Position numbers and translations under genes: made by a program
Assembly (NCBI GenBank): GCA_030390025.1
Contig: CM059432.1
Coordinates: forward strand, 90,708,001 to 90,772,000
DNA length: 64,000 nucleotides
Origin: Squalus acanthias
Lineage: Eukaryota
Direction of reading: 5' to 3'
Shown: one piece after another, positions 40,192 through 51,971 of the stretch
Layout: each line of letters starts with the position of its first letter
How positions within the stretch are numbered: position 1 is the first letter of the stretch
Notes under the pieces: model-generated
Told to the model about the DNA's origin: nothing
The model's input: only the letters and a program-made list of their open reading frames with translations
Database searches by the model: none

Positions 40192-41257
40192 TTTGTGTCT
40201 TAATGCGAGGAGCATTCGTAATAAGGTGGATGAATTAGCTGCGCAAATAGAGGAAAACGAATATGATATGATTGGGATTACGGAAACATGGCTCCAGGGT
40301 GACCAAGGCTGGGAAATCAACATATTCAATATTCAATATTCAGTATTCAATATTCAGGAAAGATAGGCAAAAAGGAAAAGGAGGTGGGGTAGCATTGCTG
40401 GTTAAAGAGGGGATTAACACAATTGTAAGGAAGGATATTAGCTCTGATGATGTAGAATCTGTATGGGTAGAACTGAGAAATACCAAGGGGCTGAAAACGC
40501 TAGTGGGAGTGGTGTATAGACCCCCAAACAGTAATACGGAGGTTGGGGATGGAATTAAAAGGGAAATTAGAGAAGCGTGCAGTAAGAGCACAGCAGTTAT
40601 CATGGAGGACTTTAATCTACATATAGATTGGGCTAACCAAATTAGTAACAATACTGTGGAGGAGGAATTCCTGGAGTGTATACGGGATGGTTTCCTGGAC
40701 CAATATGTCGAGGAACCAACTAGAGATCAGGCCATCTTAGACTGGGTATTATGTAATGAGAAAGGATTAATTAGCAATCTTGTTGTGCGAGGCCCCTTGG
40801 GTCGGAGCGATCATAATATGATCGAATTCTTCATTAAGATGGAGAGTGAAGTAGTCGACTCAGAGACTAGGGTCCTGAATTTAAATGAAGGAAACTACGA
40901 TGGTATGAGGCGCGAGTTGGGTAGGATTGATTGGGGAATGTCACTCAAAGGGTTGACGGTGGAGAGGCAATGGCAAGCATTCAAAGATCGCATGAATGAA
41001 CTACAGAATTTGTTCATCCCAGTTTGGCATAAAAATAAAACAAAAAAGGTGACTCAACCGTGGCTAACAAAGGAAATTAGGGATAGCATAAGATCCAAGG
41101 AAAGGACATTGGCCAGAAAAAGCAGAAAACCTGAGGATTGGGAGCAGTATAGGATTCAGCAAAGAAGGACAAAGGGATTAATAAAGAGGGGAAAATAGAG
41201 TATGAGAGTAAGCTTGCGAGGAACATAAAAACTGACTGTAAAAGCTTTTATAGATAT

Positions 41258-42997
41258 GTGAAGAGAAAAAGATTGGTGAAGTCAAGCGTAGGTCCCTTGC
41301 AGTCAGAATCAGGGGAATTTATAATGGGGAACAAAGAAATGGCAGACCAATTAAATACATACCTTGGTTCTATCTTCACAAAGGAGGACACAAATAACCT
41401 CCCAGAGATGTCGGGGAACATAGGGTCTAATGAGAAGGAGGAACTGAATGAAATCAGTATTTGTAGGGAAATAGTGTTAGGGAAATTGACGGGATTGAAG
41501 GCCGCTAAATCCCCAGGGCCTGATAATCTACATCCTAGGGTACTTAAGGAAGTGGCCCTAGAAATAGTAGATGCATTACTGGTCATCTTCCAAAATTCTA
41601 TAGACTCTGGAACAGTACCCATGAATTGGAGGGGATCTAATGTTACCCCACTATTCAAAAAAGGTGGGAGAGAGAAAACGGGGAATTATAGACCAGTAAG
41701 CCTGACATCGGTAGTGGGGAAAATGCTGGAGTCCATTATAAAAGATGTAATAGCAGAGCACTTGGAAAACAGTGACAGGATCGGACAAAGTCAACATGGA
41801 TTTACAAAAGGCAAATCGTGCTTGACTAATCTACTGGAATTTTTTGAGGATGTAACTGGTAAAATGGATAAGGGAGAACCAGTGGATGTAGTGTATTTGG
41901 ACTTTCAGAAGGCTTTCGATAAGGTCTCGCATAAGAGATTAGCGTGTAAAGTTAAGGCACATGGGATTGGGGGCAAGGTATTGACTTGGATAGAGAACTG
42001 GTTGGCAGACAGAAAGCAAAGATTTGGAATAAATGGGTCTTTTTCCGAGTGGCAGGCGGTGACTAGTGGGGTACCGCAGGGATCGGTCCTAGGACCCCAG
42101 CTATTCACAATATATATTAATGATCTGGACGATGGAATTGGATGTAATATCTCCAAGTTTGCAGATGACACAAAGCTGGGTGGGAGTGTGTGCCGTGAGG
42201 AGGATGCAGAGAAACTCCAGTATGATTTGGACAGGTTGGGTGATTGGGAAGAAGCATGGCAGATGCAATATAATGTGGATAAATGCGAGGTTATCCACTT
42301 TGGTGTCAAAAACAGGAAGGCAGATTATTATCTGAATGGCAATAGATTGGGAGAAGGGGAAGTGCAACGAGACCTGGGTGTCCTTGTGCACCAATCGCTG
42401 AAGGTAAGCATGCAGGTGCAGCAGGCGGTTAAGAAGGCAAATGGTATGTTGGCCTTCGTAGCGAAAGGGTTCGAGTACAGGAACAAGGATGTCTTGCTGC
42501 AGTTGTACAGGGCCTTGGTGAGACCACATCTTGAGTATTGTGTGCAGTTTTGGTCGCCTTATCTGAGGAAGGATGTTCTTGCCATGGAGGGAGTGCAGCG
42601 AAGATTCACCAGGCTGATACCTGGGATGGCAGGAATGGCGTATGAGGAGAGATTGGGTCGATTGGGCTTATACTCACTGGAGTTTAGAAGAATGAGAGGG
42701 GATCTCATTGAAACTTATAAAATTCTAACAGGACTAGACAGACTAGATGCAGAAAGGATGTTCCCGATGGCCGGGGAGTCCAGAACCAGGGATCACAGTC
42801 TAAGGATAAGGGGTAAGCCATTTAGGACTGAGATGAGGAGGAATTTCTTCACCCAGAGAGTGGTGAACCTGTGGAATTCTCTACCACAGAAGGCAGTAGA
42901 GGCCAATTCATTAAATATATTCAAGAAGGAGTTAGATATATTTCTTAAAACTAAAGGGATCAAGGGATATGGAGAGAAGGCAGGGACAGGGTACTGA
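41258..42997 (+). CDS. CR1 reverse transcriptase domain (uninterrupted 579-aa frame; ORF2 is broken upstream)
   Basis: [44 protein letters not shown]. Confidence 0.9.
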   Translation: MKRKRLVKSSVGPLQSESGEFIMGNKEMADQLNTYLGSIFTKEDTNNLPEMSGNIGSNEKEELNEISICREIVLGKLTGLKAAKSPGPDNLHPRVLKEVALEIVDALLVIFQNSIDSGTVPMNWRGSNVTPLFKKGGREKTGNYRPVSLTSVVGKMLESIIKDVIAEHLENSDRIGQSQHGFTKGKSCLTNLLEFFEDVTGKMDKGEPVDVVYLDFQKAFDKVSHKRLACKVKAHGIGGKVLTWIENWLADRKQRFGINGSFSEWQAVTSGVPQGSVLGPQLFTIYINDLDDGIGCNISKFADDTKLGGSVCREEDAEKLQYDLDRLGDWEEAWQMQYNVDKCEVIHFGVKNRKADYYLNGNRLGEGEVQRDLGVLVHQSLKVSMQVQQAVKKANGMLAFVAKGFEYRNKDVLLQLYRALVRPHLEYCVQFWSPYLRKDVLAMEGVQRRFTRLIPGMAGMAYEERLGRLGLYSLEFRRMRGDLIETYKILTGLDRLDAERMFPMAGESRTRDHSLRIRGKPFRTEMRRNFFTQRVVNLWNSLPQKAVEANSLNIFKKELDIFLKTKGIKGYGEKAGTGY

Positions 42998-43089
42998 ATT
43001 TGGATGATCGGCCATGATCTCATTGAATGGCGGAGCAGGCTCAAGGGGCTGATTAGCCTACTCCTGCTCCTATCTTCTATGTTTCTATA

Positions 43090-43990
43090 TTGTGCCTTTA
43101 ATGTAATAAAATGTCCCAAGGCGCTTCACAGGAGCATTATCAGACAAAATTTTACACCAAGCCACATAAGGAGGGATTAGGACAGGTGATCAATAGCTTG
43201 GTCAAAGAGAGAGGTTTTAACAACAACAACAACTTTCATTTATATAGCGCCTTTCACGTAATAAAACCTCCCAGGGGGCTTCACTGGAGCGATGTCAAAC
43301 CGAGTGACATAAGGAGATATTTGGATAGGTGAAGAGGTTGGTTTTAGGGAGCATGTTAAAGGAGGAGAGAGAGGCAGAGAGGTTTAGGGAGGGAATTCCA
43401 GAGTTTAGGGCCTAGTCAGCTGAAGGCATGGCCCCCAATGGTGGAGCAATGAAAATCAGGGATGCACAAGAGGCCAGAATTGGAGGAGCACAGAGATGTT
43501 GAGGCGTTGTAGGGCTGGAGGAGGTTACAGAGATACGGAGGGGCGAGGCCATGAGGAAATTGAAATCAAGGATGAGAATTTTAAAATCGAGGTGTTGCCG
43601 GACTGGAAGCCAATGTAGGCCAGCAAACACAGGTGATGGGTGAACAGGACTTGGTGTGAGTTAGGATACAAGCAGCAGAGTTTTGGATGACCTCAAATTT
43701 ATGGACGATGCAAGGTGGGAGTGAATAGTCGAGTCTAGAGGTAACAAATCCATGATTGAGGGTTTCAGCAGCAGATTACACCTGTGTGTGAGAGAGGCAA
43801 ACAGATGAACAGGCAGGGGCAGAGACAGGTGGTGTTACAGAGGTGGAGGTAGGCGGTCTTGGTGATGGAGACAATATGGGTCAGAAACTCAGCTCAGGGT
43901 ACAGTAGGACGCCAGGGTTGTGAATGATTTGGTTCAGCCTCAGACAGTGTCCAGGGATGGGGCTGGAGTCGGTGGCTAGGGAATGGAGTT
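43090..43990 (-). mobile_element. L2 LINE 3' fragments
   Basis: FAGLHWLPVRQHLDFKILIL; (AAC)n tail at 43220. Reverse homology to 29149-29898. Confidence 0.85.
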
Positions 43991-45695
43991 GGTGGGAACA
44001 GTAACAGTAACTTGCATTTAAATAGCGCTCTTAACATAGAAAAATATCCCAAGATACTTCAGATTGGAGGTTCTGTAATGCAACAACTTCGTGCAACCTC
44101 AAGTAAACATATTTTCCTAGTCTTCAGTGTAGCAGAGATGCACTGCAGCAATGGAGCTCATTTAGCTGCAGCTTCTCACAGCAGATAGCAGACCAAAATG
44201 TTGTTGCAGGTCCAATTTGGACCTGGTGCCGATTCTAAGGCAGTAGTCTTACCCAGCACATTTAAACTGGTGGGGGAGGCATCAGAAAAATTGACCCCTG
44301 TGTTTAACAAGAACTACCTATACCATACCTATGGTGCATTTTATATTCTGCAAACGTGGGATATGACTTTTTGGGATAGAATTTTGCCTGATGCATGTAA
44401 CATAAGAATTAGGAGCAGGAGTAGGCCATACGGCCCTTCGAACCCGCTCCGCCATTCAACAAGATTATGGCTGATCTTCGACCTCAACTCCACTTTCCCG
44501 CCCGATCCCCATATCCCTTGATTCCCCTAGAGTCCAAAAATCTATCGCAGCCCTGAATATACTCAACGATTCAGCATCCACAACCCTTTGGGGTAGAGAA
44601 TTCCAAAGATTCACAACTCTCTGAGTGAAGAAATTCCTCCTCTCAGTCTTAAATGGCCGACCCCTTATCCTGAGACTATGCCCCCTAGTTCTGGACTCTC
44701 CAGCCAGGGGAAACAACCTCTCAGTGTCTACCCTGTCAGTCCCCCTCAGAATCTTATATGTTTCAATGAGATCATCTCTCATTCTTCTAAACTCCAGAGA
44801 GTATAGGCCCAATCTACTCAATCTCTCCTCATAGGACAACCCTCTCATCCCAGGGATCAATCTAGCGAACCTTTGTTGCAGCGCCTCTAAGGCATGTATG
44901 TAATTTCTCAGATAATGAGACCAAAACTGTGCACAGTCCTCCAGGTGTGGTCTCACCAAAGCCCTGTACAATTGTAGTAAGACTTCCTTACTCTTGTACT
45001 CCAACCCCCTTGTAATAAAGGCCAACATTCCATTTGCCTTCCTAGTTGCTTGCTGTACCTGCATGCTAACTTTCTGTGTTTCCTGTACGAGGACACCAAA
45101 ATCTCTCTGAACACCAACATTTAATAGTTTCTCACCATTTAAAAAATATTCTATTTTTCTATTCTTCCTACCAAAGTGAATAATCTCACATTTCCTCACA
45201 TTATACTCCTTCTGCCACCTTATTGCCCGCTCACTTATCCTGTCTATATCCCTTTGCAAGCTCTTTGTGTCCACAGCTTACTTTCCCACCTAGCTTTGTA
45301 TCGTCAGCAAACTTGGATACATTGCACTCGGTCCCTTCATCTAAGTCATTAATATAGATTGTAAATAGCTGAGGCCCAAGCACTGATCCTTGTGGCATCC
45401 CACTCGTTACAGCCTGCCAACTGGAAAATGACCCGTTTATCCCTACTCTCTGTTTTCTGTCTGTTAATCAATCCTTTATCCATGCTAATATATTCCCCCC
45501 AACCCCATGGGTCCTTATCTTGCTTAGCAACCTTTTATGTGGCACCTTATCGAATGCCTTTTGGAAATCCAAATATATTACATCTACTGGTTCCCCTTTA
45601 TTTACCCTGCTAGATACATCCTCAAAAAACTCTAATAAATTTGTTAAACATAATTTCCCTTTCATAAAACCATGTTGACTCTGTCCACTCATAAT

Positions 45696-46894
45696 GGCCC
45701 GTAATTTCTGATAGGAGGCTTCCTGCGTGCGGATGCCTCCTATCGGAAAAAAATCTACGAACTTACCTGAGGGCTCCCGAGGTGCGTACAGTTCCGCTTC
45801 TGGGCCTCTCCAAACTCGAAATACGCAGGGCCCACGTATCCCAGAGGCGCATGCAGTTCGCAAGGGACCCTGGGATCACGTGGGCCAGGCCAGCCAATAG
45901 CAGAAGGGAATCTCCCTTCATACTTTTGACAGATAGACCTGTCAAATATATGAATGGAGATCACCCCAAATACACAGTAAAACATTAAATAAATTTTAAA
46001 AAACCATCACGTTTTTAAAATGAGTTAAAATTACAATAAATTAAGGGGTAAAAATTGAGTCGCGCCCCATTTGGGGCGCTAACCTCGCCGGGGCGCGACT
46101 TTTAGCGCCCCGAAAAAATTAGCGGCCCCGCGCCGGAACTTCAGTGGTTGCGCCCCAAGAGGGAAGCGGGGCGCCACTGGAAGCACCCCGCATCCCTCTT
46201 GGGGCGCTGCGAGTGAATATCCTGGCGCGCGCTGCGGCACGTCGCGCCGCGGTATTGCAGGCCTTCCTCCCCTTCTTAAAGGGGAGGGACCCTGCGCAGC
46301 GCGAACCGGGGCCCAGCTGGGCCCCCAGGGATCGGGAGTGCCGGCAAAAGAGCCCGGCACTCAAGAGAAGTGCCGGGCTCTTGGAGCGCAGCCGGCACTT
46401 CACGGTGGGGGGGCTTCACGGGGGCCGGGGACAGCAACGGGGGCAGGTGCTGGCAGGCGGCCAGCAACAAAAATGGCCGCCTGCCACCTCCCCTTTAAAT
46501 ATTGCCGCATATTTTAAACAAAAATTTAATTTTTTGAAAAAAATAGTTTTTTATGGGGCTAAAAATAAACTTACCTTTTTTTAAAAGTATTTTAAAATTA
46601 TAAATGAGTGAATTTTTTTTTTTTACTTTTTTCAACTCTTATGCTGGCCTGCTTTTACCAAGCGTAAGATTTCTAAGGGTTTTCTGCAGGCGGAGGTTCT
46701 CCAGAAAGCGGAACTATCTGCCCGCAGAGGCCCTCCTCTAGGGCAGGCGTCCGATCTGTCAAGAGCATTCTTGACAGATCGGAAATACCGATTTTCAGTG
46801 CATGCGCTTCGCATGCCTGAAACCGGCATTTCCGATATCCCTACGGGTGTGTACACAGCCCGTACACACCCGTAGGCATCGGAAAATACGGGCC
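45696..46894. mobile_element. Harbinger MITE containing a truncated second MITE
   Basis: TIR GGCCCGTAATTTC/GAAAATACGGGCC with flanks AAT/ATT inside the CR1. Confidence 0.85.
46045..46510 (-). mobile_element. Truncated copy of the 39424-40191 MITE
   Basis: Near-identical reverse complement of about 39715-40191, starting GGGGTAAAAATT after TAA. Confidence 0.9.
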
Positions 46895-49800
46895 ATTATG
46901 ATTTTCTAAGTGCCCTGTTACCACTTCCTTAACAATGGATTCCAACATTTTCCCGGCAACTGATGTCAGGTTAACTGACCTGTAGTTCCCTGTTTTCTCT
47001 CTCCCTCCTTTCTTGAATAGCGGGGTTACATTTGCTACCTTCCAGTCCACTGGGAACGTTCTAGAATCTAGGGAATTTTGGAAGATCACAACCAATGCAT
47101 CCACTATTTCTGTAGCCACCTCTTTTAGAACCCTAAGATGTAGGCCATCAGGTCCGGGGGTTTTGTCGGCTTTTTGTCCCATTAGTTTTTCAAGTACTTT
47201 TTCTCTACTGATATTAATTACTTTAAGTTTCTCTCTCTTATTAGCCCCTTGGTTCCCCACTATTTTTGGTATGGTTTTTGTGTCTTCTACCTCACTGTTC
47301 AAACTCACTCAGCAGAACCTAGTTCTACCTATGTCGTTGGTTCCTGCATGGACCACAACAACTGGATCCTCCCCCTACCATTCAAAATTATTCTCCAGCC
47401 GTGAGGAGATATCCTTAACCCTGGCACTGGGCAGGTAACACAGCCTTCGGAACTCCTGATCGCAGCTGCAGGGAACAGTATCTATCCCCCTTGACTATAC
47501 TGTCCCCTACCACAACTACATTCCTTTTCACTCCCGCCACTTGAATGGCCTCTTGTACCATGGTGTCGTGGTCAGTTTGCTCACCCACCCTGCAGACTTT
47601 TCCCTCATCCATACAGGCAGCAAGAACCTAATACCTGTTGGTCTAATTGTGAATTACAGCATTTTTCGCGTAAGAATAGCTTAGAAGATTGCATTTTCAT
47701 TCTTTTTACACAAAACTGAAAAAAGGAAATTTCACCTTGACTTAATTGCTTTTTTTTGCACCACTTAACCAGAACCCCATTGCTGTGTTGGTGGCTCAAA
47801 TTTAAAAAAAACTAGAGGTCGAGCACTATTTCTTCCAGTACTAACATATTGCAGATAAGTGTATCACAAGCGGTATTGATCAAAAATTGTTGTGCACAGG
47901 AAACTTTTGCTTAAAAAGCATTATAGTTTCTCTTTATTTTTCCTAATTCACAAATGTAGCTCCTGTAAATGTTACCTGTGAGAAAGGCAAGTTGAAAACA
48001 TCTAAGACATTGCCTCTTAACAAGAATCTATTGATCATCTTAAATCAAAAGAATATGTTTGACATAAGATTACCTGCCAGCTTGAACATTAGGTACATTG
48101 TGTTATAGCCCCGGGCAGTCATAAGTCTGCCACAGTAATTGTAAAGAAAGCATGCTGCTTTTGGTGCCTGTGCCCCAAAACCACCTACGGCAGAACAGAG
48201 ATTTTTTTTTAAAACTTGGTTAATATGGAGAATTAGAGGTGTTGAATAATCTGTTTCACAATCTTTTGTTCGTGTTAAATGGTCAAGATTTACTTAAATA
48301 TTTTTGATAATTTTCTCTTTTGATTACAAAGATCTTGTATTGCATTCGAAGATTTTTTTGAACAAAAACAACACCTCAAAATTGTTTGGGAATCTTTAAG
48401 GTTATCTCTAAAGATTCATGTAACATGTTTAAAATTGATGTGCGGTGGGTCAGAGATTCAGGTGCGGCCATTTTTGGGTCGCAGGGTACTATCCCTGCGT
48501 CTCTGAATGGTGAGGCCGAGGTGCCCCTGATATTGGTCCTCGGGCCTCATTTCAATGGAGCTGATGATGAGCCAATGAAGATCATGCCACTGGTAGCGTG
48601 AAGTGGGGAGGGGAGAAACAGGCCGGGGGGTGTGTCGGGGTGTGGCACAGGGAGATCGGAGGTTGCGGAGATTTGGGCAGATCGGAGGCCGGGTGAGTTG
48701 GAGTGGCAGTGGGTGTGGGGGGAATGGTGGGTGGAATGCCGGTGGGCCGCATTTTTTAAATATGGGGTTGGGAGGAGGTCTCCTGCTTCTCCCAGCTCCA
48801 CAATCAGGCAAGTATATTTCCTATTGCAGGTAGCAGGCGATCCCATGGTCTGTTTTTCCTGAATGCTGCCGATGCTGTCTCAGGGCAAACCAATCTTGCA
48901 GTGGGGGCCTAAACAGGTGTTAGGTCCCTTATTTGCATATGTCAATAGCCTAACGCCTGTTTCAGGCGTGGGCACTGCACAATGATTTCTTTCCATTGCA
49001 CAGCCAAATTTATAGTCCTGGATGTTTAAGCTGTCAACCTGTTTTCTGTAACCCCTTGCTATAGTTGTACTGTCGTTAATAAAGATGAATCACAAATGTT
49101 TGCACTGAGTTAAATATTTAGTAATCCAAGTCATCTGTGTGATTTCCTGAGGCACAAGTTTAAACATTTCTGTTACTGCTGACTCATATTAATCATGACT
49201 GCTGTGTAATCATTAGTCTATGTTTCCCAACAATGGAAAATCCCAAAACCATGCAAATGTTCTGAAGATGGTTGGATTGATTTTCATTCCATTTCATATT
49301 GATTGATTAACATGGTAATTTCCAGGCTAACTCTTATTCTAAATAACAAATTCTTATTGTGTCTTTTTTGGTAATGACTTTCAGTTGAATATGTGAGATG
49401 AAGTGAAGGGTGCAACAAATTAAAAACTGTCCTTATAAGGAGCTATGTCTGCTGCATTCAGGCAGACATCTATTGCAGACTTTTTGTTTTCAGCAGTTAA
49501 CAGAAATATAATATGATGCTTAAATGTTGTACTTTAATGTTAATACATTTGGGTAAGATGATGTTGGTGTTTGGCTTTTCTGTGACCCAGAAATATAGCA
49601 CCCTCTATTGGTTTATTCTGAGTGCTAGTTACATGCAGTATTTCCTTCTTGGCCTGCTATTCCTCCATAATCTCCTGTACCATGCGCCCTGAAATCCAGC
49701 TGACAGGTGGAACAGATGACTGTAGACGCAGTCTATCAGTATTATTTCATGGCCAGCCAGTAAAGATTGCTGGCGTGATCTGAGGTGGAACCTTTACCAA

Positions 49801-49939
49801 TTTTCCATTACCCATTGTCATGCTAATTCAAATTACCTTCTGGAAATATGGCCACAATGTTCTAATATAGCGATTTGTAAAACTACTTAACTTTTGTGAA
49901 TTAACAACCTGCGATTGTAAAAAAAAATGTAAACTAAAT

Positions 49940-51230
49940 TGGCAGATCTCAACTTGGGCACTACAAGTGGCCTCTGTGCCCCTGGGGAAAATCAACAAGA
50001 GGTCCTGCTGCTGATTGCTGTCTATTGATCTTTGCTAGAAGTGTATGTGTGAGGACAGGATTAGGCTCAATTGTGTTGCCCGTATTAGTGGAGTGGCCTA
50101 CCAACACTCACAGTCTAGGCTCACACATAAATAATGGCTACTTTGGCAAGGAACAGAGCACCCATGGAACTGTGCCCAGCAAGGAATTAATGCTTTCAGG
50201 AGAGAAGGGGAGAAAACAAGTGAAGAAAAAAAACCAAAATTGGCTTCTATTTGTGTATTTGCTGCATCTAACAGTAAAATCTTGGAATATTATTTTATGT
50301 AATTAATAGGGAAGTATACAGGTTGAGTGACTTTAAATTTAAAAAAAATATTAATGTCTAATTGTAGCTCAAGAGCTTGCAAATCGAGAAGAGAAGCTCA
50401 TTTTAATGGAGTCAAACTTACAAGCTACTGAGAAGCAGCTAAATGACCAAATATCTGAGAGAGTTCGTCAAGAGCAAAAGCAACAAAAATTACATACAGA
50501 ACTAAAATCACTGAAAGAGCACCTTGAAACTACCGAGGAAGAGATGAACAAATGCAAGTAAGTTATTGCTCCTTTACAACTTTTATTTTCTGTTTGTTGG
50601 TTTTTATGTTATAGTGCTTTCATGTTTTCACAAAGTGGCAATTGTTTCTTTTCCTCATTACCCAAATACAGCTTCATAGCCCATATCAACTCCCTAAGTT
50701 AATTCAACTTTGTGGCTTTTTGGTAAACCATCTGAAGTTTGGTTTGATGATACTATTGTAGATAAATTGGGGTAAGCCTTTCAAACTATTCTAGAGCTGT
50801 CTTAAAAGGCTAATTCCACAACCTCTATTTCAAGGACATTAAATTCTGATGCCCTGTCTAATATTCTGTGTTTCAAAGCAACTAATCCTAATCCTTTACC
50901 ATCCTGCCAATAGCTCAGTGGATGAATGCCCTCCCCATTGTATTACAGTTTATAGAGCAGGAAGGTACAAGGTTTGATCTGTGCTCTATGCTAAGTTAGC
51001 TGATTGAAGTGTGGCATTTGGGATTCTACAATTGACCTGAGTACCCCTAGACTAAGCAAACAGGTTTTCTACTCCTGATCGTTAACCAGTGACCTCTGTT
51101 GGACAAAGTGGTTTTGCTACATTGTGTAAGGGCAAGATTGAGCTTAACTCTGATGCTCTGCCAGGTTGAATAATTTGCTGACACTAATAGTTTAGGCTTG
51201 CACATGAGGAATAGCAACTTAGGCAAAGTA
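49940..51230 (+). mobile_element. Two old SINE-like copies flanking exon C (about 49940-50210 and 50905-51230)
   Basis: Shared segment ACACTCACAGTCTAGGCTCACACATAAATAATGGCTACTT / ACACTAATAGTTTAGGCTTGCACATGAGGAATAGCAACTT. The second copy has a tRNA-like head (TAGCTCAGTGG...GGTTTGATC). Confidence 0.4.
50368..50557 (+). CDS. Host gene coding exon C (coiled-coil)
   Basis: Acceptor TTGTAG|CT, donor TGCAA|GTAAGT. 190 nt, phase 1 to 2. G from exon B plus CT gives Ala, then QELANREEKLILMESNLQATEKQLNDQISERVRQEQKQQKLHTELKSLKEHLETTEEEMNKC. Not in the supplied ORF track. Confidence 0.85.
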
Positions 51231-51344
51231 AAAGAGAGCTTACAGCCCCCAAAAAACTGTATCTTGAGTTACTGCTTTCAGAAGAAGAGGGAAGAAAATA
51301 TGTTGGAAAAATCTGCCAATGCTCTCGATATTTCTTCTGATCAT

Positions 51345-51570
51345 TTTTTTTTATTCGTTCATGGGATGTGGGCGTCACTGGCAAGGCCAGCATTTATTGC
51401 CCATCCCTAATTGCCCTCGAGATGGTGGTGGTGAGCCTCCTTCTTGAACCACTGCAGTCCGTGTGGTGAAGGTACTCCCATAGTGCTGTTAGGGAGGGAG
51501 TTCCAGGATTTTGACCCAGCAGCAATGGCGATATATTTCCGAGTCAGGATGGTGTGTAACTTGGAGGGGA
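51345..51570 (-). mobile_element. 3' end of the Crack/Daphne-like LINE
   Basis: Reverse complement of about 23985-24220. Confidence 0.85.
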
Positions 51571-51713
51571 GAATTGATTTTTAAAAAGTGACAGCAGCAG
51601 CTGGTTGCCAACTTGAGTTTAACATGCTAGTAGGAAAGCTTCATGGTCACTTCTTTATAACAGACATTATCATCATGACGCACTAAGTTAAATCTTAATG
51701 AAAAGAAAACTAC

Positions 51714-51953
51714 TGTTGAGGCTGCCGCGAAACACGAATTAAGGCTGAATCCATGTGTGTTAAACAAGAGACTTTTTAATCACTGCATGGCACAAAATGG
51801 CTGAACAGAAAAGCTCCCAGAATTCTCTGGGCAAACCCTGAGGCCCCGCCCACTCCTGCCTTAAAGGTAAGGTGCCTTAAAGGGAAGGTGCTGGATATTT
51901 GTCCACGGACGGAAGAGTGGATAATGCCCGTTTAGGTGGCGATCCGCCACACA
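51714..51953 (-). repeat. 3' LTR of the Gypsy element
   Basis: TGTTGAGG...GCCACACA, adjacent to the polypurine tract (minus strand TCTGGGGGGAGC, 51954-51965). Confidence 0.95.
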
Positions 51954-51971
51954 GCTCCCCCCAGAATCCGC

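Larger units (their letters stand above)
39030..43090 (+). mobile_element. Near-complete CR1 LINE (ORF1 esterase C-terminus, APE-RT ORF2, 3' UTR) with a MITE inserted at the ORF2 start
   Basis: ORF1 tail MNTWLEEWCKGEGFNFLGHW...DGLHL. APE motifs CLNARSI, GITETW, VYRPP, DFN, SDH. RT follows; tail TTCTATGTTTCTAT. Confidence 0.95.
44400..47640 (-). mobile_element. CR1 LINE (RT, plus an ORF1 fragment at 47300-47640) interrupted by nested MITEs
   Basis: ORFs 44465-45274, 45468-45690 and 46900-47290 carry CR1 RT motifs. VVVVGDSIVKG is an SGNH-esterase-type ORF1 motif. Confidence 0.9.

Noticed and set aside
40315..40360. Short (ATATTCA)n repeat in CR1 ORF2
   Set aside because: A local slippage mutation that breaks the ORF; no sign of function.
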